Source of the DNA: Bdellovibrionota bacterium
GTDB lineage: Bacteria > Bdellovibrionota > Bdellovibrionia > Bdellovibrionales > JAEYZS01
NCBI GenBank assembly: GCA_040386775.1
Contig: JAZKEU010000007.1
Coordinates: 19,459 to 83,458, forward strand
Length of the DNA stretch: 64,000 nt
Reading direction: 5' to 3'
Positions 26,299 to 35,979 of this stretch are shown one piece after another (position 1 is the first letter of the stretch; every line of letters starts with the position of its first letter). The notes under the pieces were generated by a model. It was not told the DNA's origin. It made no database searches and saw only the letters and a program-made list of their open reading frames with translations. The translations under genes were made by a program, and so were the position numbers.

Positions 26299-27178
26299 TA
26301 AAATCCTCCGATTTTTTAGAACCTTTCTGACTCAAAACGCTTTCGCTTTGGATAAAAGATTTGGTTATAGGTACTAAATTTAAATTTAAAGCATAAATTT
26401 TTTCATTTGTCTTACGGTGCTTAGAAAACATATCGTTGATCTCGTACATAAAGTTGCGAATCTTTGTTCTCAAGAAATCATACTCTTCTTTGCCGAGTGC
26501 TATGATGTTGGATTGGAACTCTCTTTCTTCGATAGGGAGCTGAAGGGCGCTGATGGATTTTTCGAGCACATCTTTGTGGTAGTTTTGAATGGCGAGGCTC
26601 CGAACATGAGTTGTAGTTTTGATAATTATTTCTGATGCCGAATAAGTCTGATCACCCAATTGAGTGACAAAACCCAAATCTACTAAGTTTTTAAGACACT
26701 CTTGAATGAGTTCTTTTTTTACTTCCAAGGTATTTGCAATCGAATCTACGTCTTTTTTAATGTGCCTCTGTCTCAGGAGCACCATCAATACCGGATGAAT
26801 GTACTGACTGATGTATTTATACTCATCGATGATGCGCTCAAGTTTTTCGTTTTTAGGTTGAAGCTGAATGAAGGTTTCCCAATAATATTTTTTTGAATCC
26901 GTAGTCGTCGCCTGATTAAAAGCCACGAGGGTCGTAAAGGCTTGCGCTTCCAATTTGTTGAGCTCAAGTCCGTGAATAAAGCGCACGATCGCATCACTCG
27001 AAAGATTTCTTTTTCCAGTCAACGCCAATCGAAGATAACTGCGAGATTTAAAACCCGCTCGCTCCGCAAACGTCGCATGAGAAAAAGATCCTTGGGATTT
27101 TTTCCATGTGTAGAATTCTTTGAGGTACTCTCGAAAATCTATATATTTGAATATCGAGGGCTTATTGTTTTCTTCCAT
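26282..27178 (-). CDS. TIGR02147-type (DUF4423) putative HTH regulator
   Basis: N-terminus ..YIDFREYLKEFYTWKKSQGSFSHATFAERAGFKSRSYLRLALTGKRNLS matches the family signature I recall from Bdellovibrio/Fibrobacter paralog families. Confidence 0.65.
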   Translation of the reverse strand: MEENNKPSIFKYIDFREYLKEFYTWKKSQGSFSHATFAERAGFKSRSYLRLALTGKRNLSSDAIVRFIHGLELNKLEAQAFTTLVAFNQATTTDSKKYYWETFIQLQPKNEKLERIIDEYKYISQYIHPVLMVLLRQRHIKKDVDSIANTLEVKKELIQECLKNLVDLGFVTQLGDQTYSASEIIIKTTTHVRSLAIQNYHKDVLEKSISALQLPIEEREFQSNIIALGKEEYDFLRTKIRNFMYEINDMFSKHRKTNEKIYALNLNLVPITKSFIQSESVLSQKGSKKSEDFNEQTI

Positions 27179-27484
27179 GAACGTTTTCTAAACAATTTCT
27201 TAAAATCACACAATGGCTAATTATGGAAACATTAGAAAACATTTAAACTTTAATAAATTTAAATACTTAAGATCAAAATAGAAAACACAAAATGCTGTAA
27301 AAAAGCCACTATAAGAAAACAAAAAGCCAAAATGCCCCTTTTGGTCTTCGATATTGTTAAAATTTCTTTCTCTCACTCCTCACGACTCAATAGATTCCAT
27401 TTGGACGGGGCACCTGGTTTGCTTTATGTAGCGTTGGGTGTGGAGGTTGCTAAAGCAGGAGTGTTTTGGCGCTAGGAGATTGAT

Positions 27485-27907
27485 ATGGGAAGCAAATTAT
27501 ATTTTTGGATGTTGTTGGTAATCTTTCTTTCGTTAGGTTTTCTAATTCAAATACAAAAAGCTCATGCAATGACGGCAGCAGAAATTGAGCCGGGTATAGT
27601 AGAAATCTCGACGACAAATATTTATGGCTTTGAGGTTACAGATGTCTCTGAGAAAAAAATCAAAGACAAAACTTGGGTTTACTTCTGTATGGCGGAAAAA
27701 AAGCCTCGCAAAGCTCAGAAGAGCAAATGCTTCTATGGTCAAAAGCAGGACTTTGGTGATGTAAAAATTGGTCTTGTCCTCAATGGAATACAATATGGAT
27801 TAAAAAATAGAATTCTAAATGCAAAGGGACTCGCCCCTTTTAGAAAGAATGCCTATTTCTACGCCGTAAAAGTCCTTCGCCCCCAGTACATCTCCGTAGC
27901 AAAATAA
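27485..27907 (+). CDS. small secreted hypothetical protein
   Basis: 140 aa. N-terminal hydrophobic signal ..FLIQIQKAHA/MT. Followed by a terminator hairpin. Confidence 0.5.
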   Translation: MGSKLYFWMLLVIFLSLGFLIQIQKAHAMTAAEIEPGIVEISTTNIYGFEVTDVSEKKIKDKTWVYFCMAEKKPRKAQKSKCFYGQKQDFGDVKIGLVLNGIQYGLKNRILNAKGLAPFRKNAYFYAVKVLRPQYISVAK

Positions 27908-27927
27908 AAGGTGCTCCGCACCTTTTT
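27907..27927 (+). terminator. rho-independent terminator (related to the AAAGGTG..CACCTTT hairpin family)
   Basis: AAAGGTGC TCC GCACCTTT + TT, immediately after the stop at 27905-27907. Confidence 0.65.
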
Positions 27928-28047
27928 GTGGCTATGATGCGTTATAGAACTGGACCATGTAATGATCATGCAAGCTTGCCTCCGGTAAATCCTTAAAAGT
28001 AGAATAATATTGGGGATTTAATCAGCTTTTAAGGAAGAGGGCTTCTA

Positions 28048-30279
28048 ATGACCAATCCACTTAAAAATCAGTCAATTCGTCTAAAGATGTTCATCTTGGT
28101 CACGGCCGTGCTTTTGGGCTCAATCTTTGCCGTGCTTTGGAAAACTCGTCAGATTTTTTTTGAAGATAAATATGATTTCATCAGACAACTATCCAGTAAG
28201 CTTTCCTCTACGTCAGGAAGACTAGCGCAAGAAAGATTGAACGAACTTCAAAACAAGATGGCGCTTTTTGTTTCTACAAGAGAATCTCTTCAGAGAGTAA
28301 ATTCAAAAGACTCCAATGTTCTCTTTGAGAGATTCGGTGAATTTTTAACCATGTCCGTGCAAAAACAATTGCCATCAAAAAATTGGGGTTCCCAGTGGAC
28401 ACTGACAAACAATCAGTCAAACTCAAAAAGTGACAAGCAATTCACCGAATCTTTTGCGGAAACAATTTTAAGAAGCATCAGTTATCAAACTCTGGGGACA
28501 GGGCAAATTAATTTGAGTAGATTCGAAGATCCAGATGGAAATCCTTTCTTTGCAGTATACTTCCTTGCAGATCTTAAGGAAGAAGGCAGTAAAGGTTCTG
28601 AACTCACAAGCTTAGTCGCTTTTATGAGGCCAACTTTTTTAAATGATATTGTTTTAGAATACAAAGGGGATTTGAACACTGTATTTCTCGTGGACCATAA
28701 AGGTTATATTTTTGCTCACCCCAATGAAGAGTTGATTGGACAATCACTCACAGATCATCCTGTGATTCGAGACATCGAGGGCGGAAGAGATACAGGGTCA
28801 GGTCAATTCGAAATGAAAGATGGCGAAGACATCATAGCGAACTACGGACCCATCGCTGGAACCAACCTTTATATCGTTGTGACGACGCCCGAAAAGCAAG
28901 CCTTTGTCGCGGCAAGAGACTTATTGATCACGGTTTTAACTTTCGGTATTGGCTTCTTGATTATAGGGTCCGTACTTTCATTCGCTCTTGCTTCAAGAAT
29001 TACCAAGCCACTCAATGAATTAAAAGACATCACGAGCCTAATTGGTTCGGGAGATTTCAAAGTTCCGGTGAATGTAAAGTCCAACGACGAAGTCGGCGCT
29101 CTTGCGGCCAATATCGATAAGATGAGAAGTTCTCTGCTCGAGCGTGATGAACAGATCGAACATTCTAAGATGGCTCTCGTGCAAAGTGAAAAGATGTCGG
29201 CCTTTGGTCAGTTGAGTGCAGGTATTGCTCATGAAGTGAAGAACCCACTGGCAGGTATTTTGGGTCACGCTCAGTTGGGAAAATCGAAGAGTAAAGATCC
29301 TGATGTGACAAAGCATTTAGACATGATCGAGCGTGAAACAAGAAGAACAAAAGAAATTATCGAAAATCTTATGAAGTTCGCTAGAGCCGAAAAACCAGAT
29401 CTTACTTCAACGGATCTTCATGAGTCTGTGAGCAGAGCTGTGGATCTTGCGGATCACCAAGTTTCTCTTCAAGGTGTAAAGATTGTAAAAGATTTCAGAC
29501 CAGTTTCGCCAGTGAATGCCAATTCCAACCAGATTCAGCAAGTTCTTTTGAATTTAATGATGAATGCAACCCACGCGATGGAAACTTCAAAGGTAAAAAC
29601 TCTTACCGTGAGCGTAGAAGATAAAAACGATATCGTGCAAATCAGAATCAAAGATTCTGGAGCGGGAATGAGCCCTGAAGTGCAAAAGAGAATCTTTGAG
29701 CCGTTCTTTACCACTAAACCTGCCGGCAAGGGAACGGGGCTTGGACTTTCCGTTTCCATCGGTATCGTTCAAGACCACAAGGGAAAAATCTACGTTGAAT
29801 CTAAAGTAGGAGAAGGCACAACATTCTTTATTGATATTCCAAAGATGGGTTCAGCCGCTGCGAATGCGCCGGCAACTCAAGCGCCACAAAAAGTAACGCC
29901 TTCACCAATGGTAAGGGCATCATCTGCATCTGGTCCGAAATTCCCAGAGTTTTCAACAAAAATTGAAAATCCTCTCGATAGCCAAGTTCAAAGAGATTAT
30001 TTGAAAGAATCTTCAAGCTCAAGAGAAACGGGAAGGTCGATCGCTGACTTAAAGCGTGAGGCCTCTGAGATTCTTCGCCAAGAATCAGAAATCATTCAGC
30101 CAGCAGAAGCCAAGTTAGAACAAAGTAAAACAGAACAGGGCAAGCTACAGCAGAAAATAGAAAATATGAAAAAAGATATTTTAAATACTGAAACGGAAAT
30201 TAAAAACAATTTTAACTCTTCGGAGAAAAAGGGTGATGATTTTCAGGTCAGTATTAGGAAACCAAAACTTAAGGCATAA
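28048..30279 (+). CDS. sensor histidine kinase (periplasmic sensor, HAMP, HisKA, HATPase) with ~150-aa low-complexity C-terminal tail
   Basis: 743 aa. TM1 FILVTAVLLGSIFAVLW, TM2 VLTFGIGFLIIGSVLSFALA, HAMP, H-box SAGIAHEVKNPL, N/G boxes ..LLNLMMNA.., GTGLGLSV. The tail is rich in S/E/K/Q. Confidence 0.85.
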   Translation: MTNPLKNQSIRLKMFILVTAVLLGSIFAVLWKTRQIFFEDKYDFIRQLSSKLSSTSGRLAQERLNELQNKMALFVSTRESLQRVNSKDSNVLFERFGEFLTMSVQKQLPSKNWGSQWTLTNNQSNSKSDKQFTESFAETILRSISYQTLGTGQINLSRFEDPDGNPFFAVYFLADLKEEGSKGSELTSLVAFMRPTFLNDIVLEYKGDLNTVFLVDHKGYIFAHPNEELIGQSLTDHPVIRDIEGGRDTGSGQFEMKDGEDIIANYGPIAGTNLYIVVTTPEKQAFVAARDLLITVLTFGIGFLIIGSVLSFALASRITKPLNELKDITSLIGSGDFKVPVNVKSNDEVGALAANIDKMRSSLLERDEQIEHSKMALVQSEKMSAFGQLSAGIAHEVKNPLAGILGHAQLGKSKSKDPDVTKHLDMIERETRRTKEIIENLMKFARAEKPDLTSTDLHESVSRAVDLADHQVSLQGVKIVKDFRPVSPVNANSNQIQQVLLNLMMNATHAMETSKVKTLTVSVEDKNDIVQIRIKDSGAGMSPEVQKRIFEPFFTTKPAGKGTGLGLSVSIGIVQDHKGKIYVESKVGEGTTFFIDIPKMGSAAANAPATQAPQKVTPSPMVRASSASGPKFPEFSTKIENPLDSQVQRDYLKESSSSRETGRSIADLKREASEILRQESEIIQPAEAKLEQSKTEQGKLQQKIENMKKDILNTETEIKNNFNSSEKKGDDFQVSIRKPKLKA

Positions 30280-30310
30280 GTAAAAGCATACTACATTAGG
30301 ACACGACACC

Positions 30311-31834
30311 TTGGAAATTGCTAAGTACAGAAAAGATTTTTTAATCTACGTCGTCGATGACGAGATCAGTATCACAGAGGTTCTCAATGAGGCTCTCAAG
30401 GATGCTGGATATCAGGTGGAAACATTTCCATCTGCCGATGCTGCCTTTGCAAGAGTGAAAGAAAATCCTCCTCATGTCGTAATCAGTGATATTCGTATGC
30501 CCGGAATGACTGGAATCGAACTTTTGGAAAACATTAGAAAGATTTCTCAAGATATCCAATTCATCATCATGACCTCTCATGCCTCTTTGGAAACTGCGCT
30601 CGATGCGATGAGGTTGGGTGCATACGATTATATCCATAAGCCTTTTGAGCAATTGGATGACGTGATCAAGACCATTGATAGAACTGTAGAAAAACTTTTC
30701 CTCCAGTATCAAAACGAACAATTACTAGAAGAGCTTGCGGAAAAAAATAAAACTCTCTCTGGCATGAACATAAAAATTTCTCAAGAAAAAGAAGAGGTCA
30801 TTAAGATCAATAGTCTTATGACCCAGATGTCCAGATCCAAAGATTTAGACAATGTGATTCAAAATTATTTGGATCACGTATCAGGACTTATAAATAATAA
30901 GCCTGCGATTTTTTTGACACTTGTTTCTTCACATATGTCGTTGGTAGTTACGCAAAGTGCGCAGATCAATAAAGATACGCTTAAGAATATTGGCATTCCT
31001 TTAAAAGATTTAGACTCAAAAGTTTATTTAGAAAAGTTAATGAATCCAATGTCCCTTGATGGCTTGCACATCATGATGAAAGATTTTTTTAAGGTCTCAG
31101 AATACTTTGCTATTCCTATAGAAGATGAAGCCACCGTGGGCGGAGTGGTGGTTGTTTTTGATGCGATGAAAGATGCTTCCGTGCGTAGACTTTTTGATAG
31201 CTTCACACAAATTTTTAAAGTTTCTTACATGAATACAAAAATGCAAAAGCGCATTCACGATATGGCCATCAAAGATCCTCTGACTGGATTATTTAACCGT
31301 AGATATTTTAATGAGAAACTTGAAGAAGAATTAAGCAGATCAAGAAGAACACAGATGCCTGTGTCACTCATCTATATGGACATCGATCATTTTAAAAAGT
31401 ACAACGATCAAAACGGTCATCCTATGGGGGACGTTTTGCTCAAAATGTATGCGCAAGTTTTGCGCCAAACAAGTCGTAAGAATGATATTGTTTGTCGTAT
31501 CGGTGGCGAAGAATTTGTAATTATTCTTCCGCATACAGATAAAATAGGTGCGGCGATCAAAGCCGAGAAACTGAGAAGAGTGGTGGAGTCGACCCCATTT
31601 CCTCATGGGGAAAAACAACCCTTAGGAAAAGTTTCAGCAAGTATGGGAGTTTCAGAGTATCCTGCCCATGCCCATGACGGCGAAGGGCTTGTAAAAGCTG
31701 CCGATGAAGCACTCTATCAAGTGAAGAGCACATCGCGGAACAAAGTATGTTTGGCAACGGTGCCGGCAGATTTTGTACAGGATTTTGAGCCAATTAAAGT
31801 TCAACCATTTGAAGCAAAAAAGCAAAGACCATGA
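30311..31834 (+). CDS. response regulator-diguanylate cyclase (REC + middle domain + GGDEF)
   Basis: TTG start. REC: VVDDE, SDIRMPGMTG, ..KPF. GGDEF: DPLTGLFNRRYF, active site RIGGEEF with I-site RKND five residues upstream. Confidence 0.85.
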   Translation: MEIAKYRKDFLIYVVDDEISITEVLNEALKDAGYQVETFPSADAAFARVKENPPHVVISDIRMPGMTGIELLENIRKISQDIQFIIMTSHASLETALDAMRLGAYDYIHKPFEQLDDVIKTIDRTVEKLFLQYQNEQLLEELAEKNKTLSGMNIKISQEKEEVIKINSLMTQMSRSKDLDNVIQNYLDHVSGLINNKPAIFLTLVSSHMSLVVTQSAQINKDTLKNIGIPLKDLDSKVYLEKLMNPMSLDGLHIMMKDFFKVSEYFAIPIEDEATVGGVVVVFDAMKDASVRRLFDSFTQIFKVSYMNTKMQKRIHDMAIKDPLTGLFNRRYFNEKLEEELSRSRRTQMPVSLIYMDIDHFKKYNDQNGHPMGDVLLKMYAQVLRQTSRKNDIVCRIGGEEFVIILPHTDKIGAAIKAEKLRRVVESTPFPHGEKQPLGKVSASMGVSEYPAHAHDGEGLVKAADEALYQVKSTSRNKVCLATVPADFVQDFEPIKVQPFEAKKQRP

Positions 31835-31838
31835 GGCT

Positions 31839-32972
31839 ATGAGACCAACTAGAGCAGAAATAAATTTAAATGTACTCAGAGAAAATGTAAGAACCCTTAA
31901 AAAAGTTCATAAAGGGCGAGGCTTCTTTTGTCCAATGGTTAAGGCCAATGCCTATGGCCATGGTGATGTGGAAGTGACAAACGCTCTGGTCAAAGAAGGT
32001 ATAGAGAGAGTGGGCGTAATTCTTACGGAAGAAGGAATTCGTTTAAGAGAAAAAAATGCTGGCGAAGGAAAGAGTCCGCAAATCTTAGTGTTTGGTTTTT
32101 TTGATCAACCATCGCTCAAAGAATGTTTCAATCATGATTTAACTCCAGTGATTGGAAATTTTGATTCTCTTGGTCATTTACCGAAAGATAGAAAAATCAA
32201 GATTCATTTGAAATTCAATACAGGCATGGCAAGGCTGGGATTTTCAGCAAGCGATGCTGCTAAAGTTTTGGACTTTGTTAATTCTCATAAAAATATCGAG
32301 CTCGAAGGAATTTGTACACACTTTGCGAATGGCGACGATGCCATCTCTCCAGATGGAATGACCCAAGCTCAAATGAGAATTTTTTCTGGCATTGAGAAAA
32401 TGTTCGAAGGAAAATTTAAATATTCTCATTGTTTAAATAGTGGTGCGCTAATTTCTAATTTCCAAGGTTTAGAAGACTATCATAAAAATAAAAATTACCT
32501 CGGAGCAAGACCAGGTATTGCTCTCTACGGATATCCTCCAAAAATTTCAGATATGGCCGATGATATTCGACCGGTGATGAGTGTTCATACTTCCATCGTG
32601 CAGGTGAGAAATATCAATAAAGGAGAAACAGTTTCTTACGGTGGAACTTGGAAAGCGCAAAGAGATTCTTTGGTGGCCACACTTTGCATCGGTTATGGAG
32701 ACGGGTATCCCAGACATTTTTCTAATAACTCTTCTATGCTTTTCAGAGGAGAAAGAGTTCCTGTGATCGGAAGAGTTTGCATGGACTATACAATCATTGA
32801 TCTCACGGAATTCAAAAATAAACCTGAAATTAAAATGGGTGAAGAAGTTACCGTTTGGGGTTATCAAGGCAAGCAAAAATTAAGTGCTGAAGAACTTGCC
32901 CAGAACATCAATACTATTTCCTACGAGCTCATCACGAGATTGGGCCCACGAGTACCGAGGGTCTATGTCTGA
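31839..32972 (+). CDS. alr: alanine racemase
   Basis: ATG 31839 gives MRPTRAEINLNVLRENV... PLP-lysine motif PMVKANAYGHG; ..CMDY.. Confidence 0.88.
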   Translation: MRPTRAEINLNVLRENVRTLKKVHKGRGFFCPMVKANAYGHGDVEVTNALVKEGIERVGVILTEEGIRLREKNAGEGKSPQILVFGFFDQPSLKECFNHDLTPVIGNFDSLGHLPKDRKIKIHLKFNTGMARLGFSASDAAKVLDFVNSHKNIELEGICTHFANGDDAISPDGMTQAQMRIFSGIEKMFEGKFKYSHCLNSGALISNFQGLEDYHKNKNYLGARPGIALYGYPPKISDMADDIRPVMSVHTSIVQVRNINKGETVSYGGTWKAQRDSLVATLCIGYGDGYPRHFSNNSSMLFRGERVPVIGRVCMDYTIIDLTEFKNKPEIKMGEEVTVWGYQGKQKLSAEELAQNINTISYELITRLGPRVPRVYV

Positions 32973-33789
32973 AGAAATGTATTCTGAACTTCGTAAGAGC
33001 AGATTGCAAAGGATGATGTATTCTTTTCTGGACACTTATGTTTTGGAAATGGGAAGAATCGGTTTGTACTTTGGACAATCTGTGAGCTGGTGGTTCAAGC
33101 GGCCCTTTCGTTTCACAGAATTATTTCAGCACATAGAATTTGTTGGAAACAAATCTTTGGTTATTATTTTCTTAACAGGATTATTTACCGGTCTCGTATT
33201 TGCTTTTCAAGCTTGGGTGGGTTTGTCGATTGTCAATGCAGACAATTTGATTGGTCCCATGACAGGATTAGCGGTGACAAGAGAATTGGGTCCGGTACTT
33301 ACGGGCTTGATCATTTCGGCACGAGCAGGTGGCGCTATGGCAGCTCGCCTGGGCACCATGAGAGTGACAGAGCAGATTGATGCGCTTGAAGTGATGGGAG
33401 TGGATGCAAAAAACTATTTGGTTGCTCCTAGAATTTTGGCTTCACTGATTTCAACCCCACTGCTTTGTGCATTTTTTGATTTTGTAGCATTAATTGGTGG
33501 GTATGTGTTGGCAGTTTATATTTTGAATTTAGACGCAGCCATTTTTATTGAGAAAACAAGATTTTTTGTAGATCCAAGAGACATCAATGAAGGTTTGGTT
33601 AAGGCTGCAGTTTTTGGAATTTTCTTCTCTACGATTTGCACTTACAAAGGTTACAATACCAAAGGTGGCGCAAAAGGTGTGGGCGATGCCACGAACCACG
33701 GTGTAGTGACAAGTATGGTATCTATCATTATCTTGGATTATTTTTTAACAAAAATGATGACGATGATCTTGGGGATGAATCCAGTATGA
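32965..33789 (+). CDS. mlaE: MlaE-type ABC permease (phospholipid/lipid-asymmetry transporter family)
   Basis: ATG 32965 overlaps the alr stop (ATGTCTGA). ..RELGPVLTGLIISARAGGAMAARLGTMRVTEQIDALEVMGVD.. is the MlaE/YrbE signature. Confidence 0.85.
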   Translation: MSEEMYSELRKSRLQRMMYSFLDTYVLEMGRIGLYFGQSVSWWFKRPFRFTELFQHIEFVGNKSLVIIFLTGLFTGLVFAFQAWVGLSIVNADNLIGPMTGLAVTRELGPVLTGLIISARAGGAMAARLGTMRVTEQIDALEVMGVDAKNYLVAPRILASLISTPLLCAFFDFVALIGGYVLAVYILNLDAAIFIEKTRFFVDPRDINEGLVKAAVFGIFFSTICTYKGYNTKGGAKGVGDATNHGVVTSMVSIIILDYFLTKMMTMILGMNPV

Positions 33790-34562
33790 GTCGCAGTCAA
33801 TTTAGAGGAGAGAATGCCATCCGCGTAAAAAAATTAGTGAAAAGTTTTGATGGAAAAGAAGAAGTTCTAAAAGGAATTGATCTTGATATTCCTCGAGGGA
33901 AAATCACTTTCATCATCGGATTCTCAGGAACAGGAAAAAGCGTTCTTCTGAAACATCTTTTGGGTGTGTTCAAGCCTTCGAGCGGAAGTGTAGAGGTTTT
34001 AGGCAAAGATCTTGCGGAGCTCTCTCATGATCAAACCATTGAAGTGAGAAAAAACTTTGGTGTACTTTTTCAAGGCGCAGCACTCTTTGATGATCAAACA
34101 GTTTTAGAAAATGTTCGCTTTCCTCTCGATGAACATCGAAGAGATTTAAAAAAGCCAGAGAGACAAGAACTTGCCGCCACTCGACTTAAGTTGGTGGGAA
34201 TTGAAGAAAAACATTTTCATAAACTGCCAGGACAGATCAGTGGTGGAATGCAAAAACGTGTGGGATTGGCTAGAGCCATAGCCCTAAATCCAGAAATCTT
34301 ATTATACGATGAACCTACGACAGGTTTAGACCCAATTTTGACAGAAATGGTGGATAATCTCATTATAGAGACGCACAAATACCAAGAGGGCGTAACCAGT
34401 ATTATTGTGTCTCACGATTTGACCGCTGCATTCCGATTAGCTGATTATATCGCGATGTTAGATAGCGGTAAGGTGTTATTATTTGGGACTCCACAAGTGT
34501 TCCTGGATTCAGATAATAAATTGGTGAGAAAGTTTGTCGACAAAGGGATTCATCGTAAGTGA
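33786..34562 (+). CDS. mlaF: MlaF-type ABC ATPase
   Basis: ATG 33786 overlaps the mlaE stop (ATGA). Walker A GFSGTGKS, signature ISGGMQKRVGLAR, Walker B LLYDEPTTGLD. Confidence 0.85.
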   Translation: MSRSQFRGENAIRVKKLVKSFDGKEEVLKGIDLDIPRGKITFIIGFSGTGKSVLLKHLLGVFKPSSGSVEVLGKDLAELSHDQTIEVRKNFGVLFQGAALFDDQTVLENVRFPLDEHRRDLKKPERQELAATRLKLVGIEEKHFHKLPGQISGGMQKRVGLARAIALNPEILLYDEPTTGLDPILTEMVDNLIIETHKYQEGVTSIIVSHDLTAAFRLADYIAMLDSGKVLLFGTPQVFLDSDNKLVRKFVDKGIHRK

Positions 34563-35950
34563 ACTTGCTCAAAACAGCAGAATTTAAAGTTGGCCTACTT
34601 GTGATAGGCATCCTCGGACTGATTGGTTACATGACCATCGGTGTGAGCGAAGATCCATCGTATCTTGGAAGATCTAAGACCCATTGGTTTTTGATCGACA
34701 ATGCTTCGGGTCTTATCAAAAATAGCGCTGTCAAAATGGCCGGCATTAACGTGGGCGTCATCAAAGATATCAAATTGCAAGCGGGCAAGGCGCGTTTAGA
34801 TATCACTATCGATCCCGAAGTTGTTCTTACAGAAAAAGCAAAAATTGAAATCAGAGCTCAAGGTATTTTGGGAGACAGATACGTAGAAATCGTAATGGAT
34901 ACGAGTGGTGCACCAGAGCTTGCAGACGGTGGGCAGATTATGGAAGTGATCGACAAAGGTTCTCTCGATGCCGTGATGAATCAGGTGAGCACTTTGACAA
35001 GTTCACTGAGCACAATTTCAGAAACACTCAAAGAAGCAATGACTGGCGATGGAGATGATAAATCTCCAGTAGGCAGAATCATTTCTAATCTTGAAACCTT
35101 AACTGGCGATATCGCAGAAATTACAAGCGAGAAAAAAGACGAAGTAAAAGACGTGATCGATAATCTTCATGATGTGACTGGAGAGATCAAAGCTTTGATC
35201 GACGATCCATCGGAGGAAGGTTTCAAGGCCTCATTTGCAAAACTTAACCGTGGCTTGGCAAGAGTAGATACCATCACCAAAAACTTTGAAGAAGTGAGCG
35301 ATAAATTAAATTCTGGCAAAGGAACTCTTGGTAAACTCATTAACGATGAAAAAACGGTGGATGAGTTGAATACGGCGATAGCTGGTGTGAATGAGTTTAT
35401 AGGAACGGCAAGTAAAACTCAGATGAGCTTTGATTTTCATACAGAATATCTCTCTGACGCTGAAGCGGCAAAAACCTACGTTGGGGTGAGAATCCAACCC
35501 GGCCTAGATCGTTTTTATGAGCTCGGAGTGATTGATGATCCTAAAGGTAAGATTGAACGTGAAATTCGCGACACATCAAATAACGGTGGCCCAGTCAACT
35601 CTGAGGACATGACAATTACATATAAAAATAAAGTGAAATTTACTGCATTGTTTGCTAAAAACTTCTATGACTTTACCGTGAAAGCCGGTCTCATGGAAAA
35701 CACTGGCGGCGTTGGTTTTGAGTACAACCTCATTCCTAGAAAACTCAGACTCTCGTTTGATGTTTTTGATTTTGCTGCGGAACAGCCTCATTTGAGAGCG
35801 GGTTTAAGATATAATATACTTCACGGTATATACGTCGTTGCCGGTGGTGATGACTTCGCCGATTCAGACGAAGCATCAGGTTACCTCGGCGCAGGTATTG
35901 ACCTGACTAACGATGATTTAAAACTTTTACTTTCAAAGGTGTCTTTCTAA
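34559..35950 (+). CDS. MCE/MlaD-domain protein with long C-terminal extension
   Basis: GTG start overlapping the mlaF stop. N-terminal TM, MCE domain (..SAVKMAGINVGVIKDI..), then a ~300-aa coiled-coil plus beta-rich region ending ..LLLSKVSF. Confidence 0.75.
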   Translation: MNLLKTAEFKVGLLVIGILGLIGYMTIGVSEDPSYLGRSKTHWFLIDNASGLIKNSAVKMAGINVGVIKDIKLQAGKARLDITIDPEVVLTEKAKIEIRAQGILGDRYVEIVMDTSGAPELADGGQIMEVIDKGSLDAVMNQVSTLTSSLSTISETLKEAMTGDGDDKSPVGRIISNLETLTGDIAEITSEKKDEVKDVIDNLHDVTGEIKALIDDPSEEGFKASFAKLNRGLARVDTITKNFEEVSDKLNSGKGTLGKLINDEKTVDELNTAIAGVNEFIGTASKTQMSFDFHTEYLSDAEAAKTYVGVRIQPGLDRFYELGVIDDPKGKIEREIRDTSNNGGPVNSEDMTITYKNKVKFTALFAKNFYDFTVKAGLMENTGGVGFEYNLIPRKLRLSFDVFDFAAEQPHLRAGLRYNILHGIYVVAGGDDFADSDEASGYLGAGIDLTNDDLKLLLSKVSF

Positions 35951-35979
35951 AAACCATAACTAGAAAGACAGTATAAATT

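Noticed and set aside
27179-27484. Three AGAAAACA direct repeats (about 27233, 27282, 27314) in the long divergent intergenic region as regulator binding sites.
   Set aside because: The region is very AT-rich, the motif is low-complexity, and the spacing is irregular (49 and 32 nt). Chance occurrence cannot be excluded without genome-wide statistics.
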